Origin: Actinomycetota bacterium
GTDB lineage: Bacteria > Actinomycetota > Humimicrobiia > Humimicrobiales > Humimicrobiaceae
Reading direction: 5' to 3'
DNA length: 61,695 bases
Assembly: GCA_016870615.1 (NCBI GenBank)
Contig: VGAZ01000002.1
Span: 1-61,695, forward strand
The translations under genes and the position numbers were made by a program. Numbering within the stretch: the stretch's first letter is position 1; every line of letters starts with the position of its first letter. The notes beneath the pieces are model-generated. The model saw nothing but the letters and a program-made list of their open reading frames with translations, made no database searches and was not told where the DNA came from. Shown one piece after another: positions 59,890 through 61,695 of the stretch.

Positions 59890-61485
59890 TTATTCTGCAG
59901 ATTCAATGTAAACCTTGTTTAAATCATAATTATCCATTGCAGAAAGAACAAATCCTTTTACTTTATCCGCAACCACTCTTCTTGCTCCATAAAAATAAAT
60001 AATAATAAAAGAATTATCTAAAAGTATTGCTTTCTCGATTTCCCGGTATTTTGCAATTCTCTGCTCTTCATCTTTTATCTGCCTTGCTTCAGCAAGCATT
60101 CTGTCAACCTCCGGATTATTATAACCTGTCCAGTTATCCGCTGACTGTGAATGAAAAAGAGGATACATAAAGTTATCCATCGTAGGATAATCTGCACCCC
60201 AGCCAATCCTGAAGAAATTGAGTTCCCCTGTTTGAGCTTTTTCAATTAATGTTCCCCATTCAAAGCCCTCTATTTCAATATTTACACCAATTTCTTTTAA
60301 ATCTGCCTGAACAGCTTCTGCCAGCAGTTCATGTCCAGAACCAGTGTTGAAACCAAGATTCAATGTCGGTAAACCTTCACCATTTGGAAATCCTGCTTCA
60401 GCAAGAAGTGTTTTTGCTTTTTCCTGGTCAAAAGTATAAGGAGCCTGATTTTCAGCAAAACCCACTATTCCTCTTGGTACAAAACCTGTTGCAGGTGTTG
60501 GTACACCTTCCATTATTACATCGCATATATTCTTCCTGTCAATTGCATAATTTAATGCTTCTCGAAGCTTTGGGTTTGATTTAAAAGGTTCCGACTGTGT
60601 ATTCATACCGTAAAAATATAGTGCAAGTATTGGAATTGTTATTACATTGTCCTTAAGTTCAGGATCCTCTTCAGTGGCTTTAATCTTTCCCGTAGGAATT
60701 GCACAATAATCAATATTGCCTGCCTTAAATTCAAGAAATGCAGTGTTTTCATCAGTTATTATTCTATATTCTACCGCATCAAGCTTTGCATTGGCGCCAT
60801 AGTAGTCTTCATTGCGCACCAGTTTTATATACTGTTCATCAACCCATTCTACAAATTTAAATGGCCCTGTTCCATTAATATGCTTTGTATAATCATTTCC
60901 CCATTTTTCAATATCAGCTTCTCTTACAGGATAAAAAACTACATGGCCCAATGTATTTATAAAATCCTGGTATGGGTATTCAAGAGTTACTTGTAGAGTG
61001 AAATCATCAAGCGCCGTAACACCCTCCAGAGTAGTTGCGGTTCCTTCCTGGCATGCCTGAAAGCCTTTTATTGCAGACAGGTGATAGGCAAGATAGGCCG
61101 CTGTCTCGGCCAGGACAGCTCTCGTCCAGGAATAAACGAAATCATGGGCTGTAAGCGGTGAGCCGTCATGGAATTTTACGCCTTTTCTAATGTTAAAAGT
61201 GTAGACAAGCCCGTCATCTGTGACGTCCAAATTTTCACAGAGCTCAGGGACAAGATCAAGCGTCACCGGGTCATAATCAAAAAGGCCGTCCCAGACCTGG
61301 CGTATTACCTGCATGCCTTCGCTTTCAACGCAGAATGGCGGGTCCAATGACATTGGCTGGTCTATATGGATTTTCATCACTCCGCCTGCAGCTTCAGCTT
61401 TTTTACAGCCAATTGAAAGAGATCCTATGAGTGCAACAATAAGAACTACAGCCATGATAGCAATCATTTTAGATCTTAATTTCAT
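59890..61485 (-). CDS. oppA: Family-5 oligopeptide substrate-binding lipoprotein (canonical order)
   Basis: 531 aa, lipobox SIGC, canonical N-to-C motif order (see the permuted paralog). Confidence 0.9.
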   Translation of the reverse strand: MKLRSKMIAIMAVVLIVALIGSLSIGCKKAEAAGGVMKIHIDQPMSLDPPFCVESEGMQVIRQVWDGLFDYDPVTLDLVPELCENLDVTDDGLVYTFNIRKGVKFHDGSPLTAHDFVYSWTRAVLAETAAYLAYHLSAIKGFQACQEGTATTLEGVTALDDFTLQVTLEYPYQDFINTLGHVVFYPVREADIEKWGNDYTKHINGTGPFKFVEWVDEQYIKLVRNEDYYGANAKLDAVEYRIITDENTAFLEFKAGNIDYCAIPTGKIKATEEDPELKDNVITIPILALYFYGMNTQSEPFKSNPKLREALNYAIDRKNICDVIMEGVPTPATGFVPRGIVGFAENQAPYTFDQEKAKTLLAEAGFPNGEGLPTLNLGFNTGSGHELLAEAVQADLKEIGVNIEIEGFEWGTLIEKAQTGELNFFRIGWGADYPTMDNFMYPLFHSQSADNWTGYNNPEVDRMLAEARQIKDEEQRIAKYREIEKAILLDNSFIIIYFYGARRVVADKVKGFVLSAMDNYDLNKVYIESAE

Positions 61486-61633
61486 TTAACCTCCTCTTTC
61501 TGCTTTTATTTGCAGAAAACCTGCAAAACTATATCAATATAATTTTAAATTTATAAATTAAAAATAATTATAACTGTCTTTCCGCATGTTAAAAACTCAG
61601 TTTTTCCGAATTAATTTCTTAAAAATTACGGGG

Positions 61634-61695
61634 TTACTTGCCCCAAAAATTGTCCTCATCAATATCTAAAAGATCAAGCAGTAACTTCTGGATAG
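61634..61695 (-). CDS. 3' end of an unidentified CDS running off the window
   Basis: Open frame reading ...IQKLLLDLLDIDEDNFWGK with stop at 61634-61636. Too short to identify. Confidence 0.25.
   Translation of the reverse strand, partial: IQKLLLDLLDIDEDNFWGK

Overview
AT-rich bacterial chromosomal window that is mostly housekeeping genes, almost all on the minus strand. From 0.9 to 25.4 kb the order resembles the Firmicute supercluster (minus-strand reading order): hrcA-dnaJ-rsmE-mtaB-HIT-phoH-pgpH-ybeY-GNAT-era-deoC-recO-(glgP, plus strand)-glyQ-glyS-ppdK-membrane protein-dnaG-rpoD-tRNA-Asn. Next come a TPP-riboswitch-controlled thiN plus ThiXYZ-like ABC operon, pcrA, DAHP synthase with a separate chorismate mutase, guaA, a GuaB3-like IMPDH-family gene, plsY and groES-groEL with a CIRCE operator. 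These are followed by LOG, MATE, an FTR-like/rubredoxin fusion with a glutaredoxin-like partner, an M23 peptidase, a C-N hydrolase, pyk, an SPFH protein, tRNA-Cys, a FAD oxidoreductase, an AmmeMemoRadiSam radical SAM enzyme, a rhodanese lipoprotein and an Opp/Dpp-type peptide ABC operon. Accessory content is small: hicAB at the left edge and a class II Fic gene next to tRNA-Leu(GAG). The most unusual item is a 2.6-copy, 160-bp tandem repeat between Fic and tRNA-Leu. Each full unit carries the last 21 nt of the tRNA (with CCA), an inverted copy of the T-loop segment, a 66-nt GC-rich core foreign to this AT-rich genome, and a 40-codon ORF. Other items worth a second look are a circularly permuted family-5 substrate-binding lipoprotein at the end of the opp operon, a dispersed ~80-115-nt intergenic element seen at least twice, operator-like repeats at the Fic and hicAB promoters, and two single-nucleotide frameshifts (thiY-like, oppC). 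No CRISPR array, integrase, transposase or recognisable defence island was found. All calls rest on motif recognition by eye; no searches were run.
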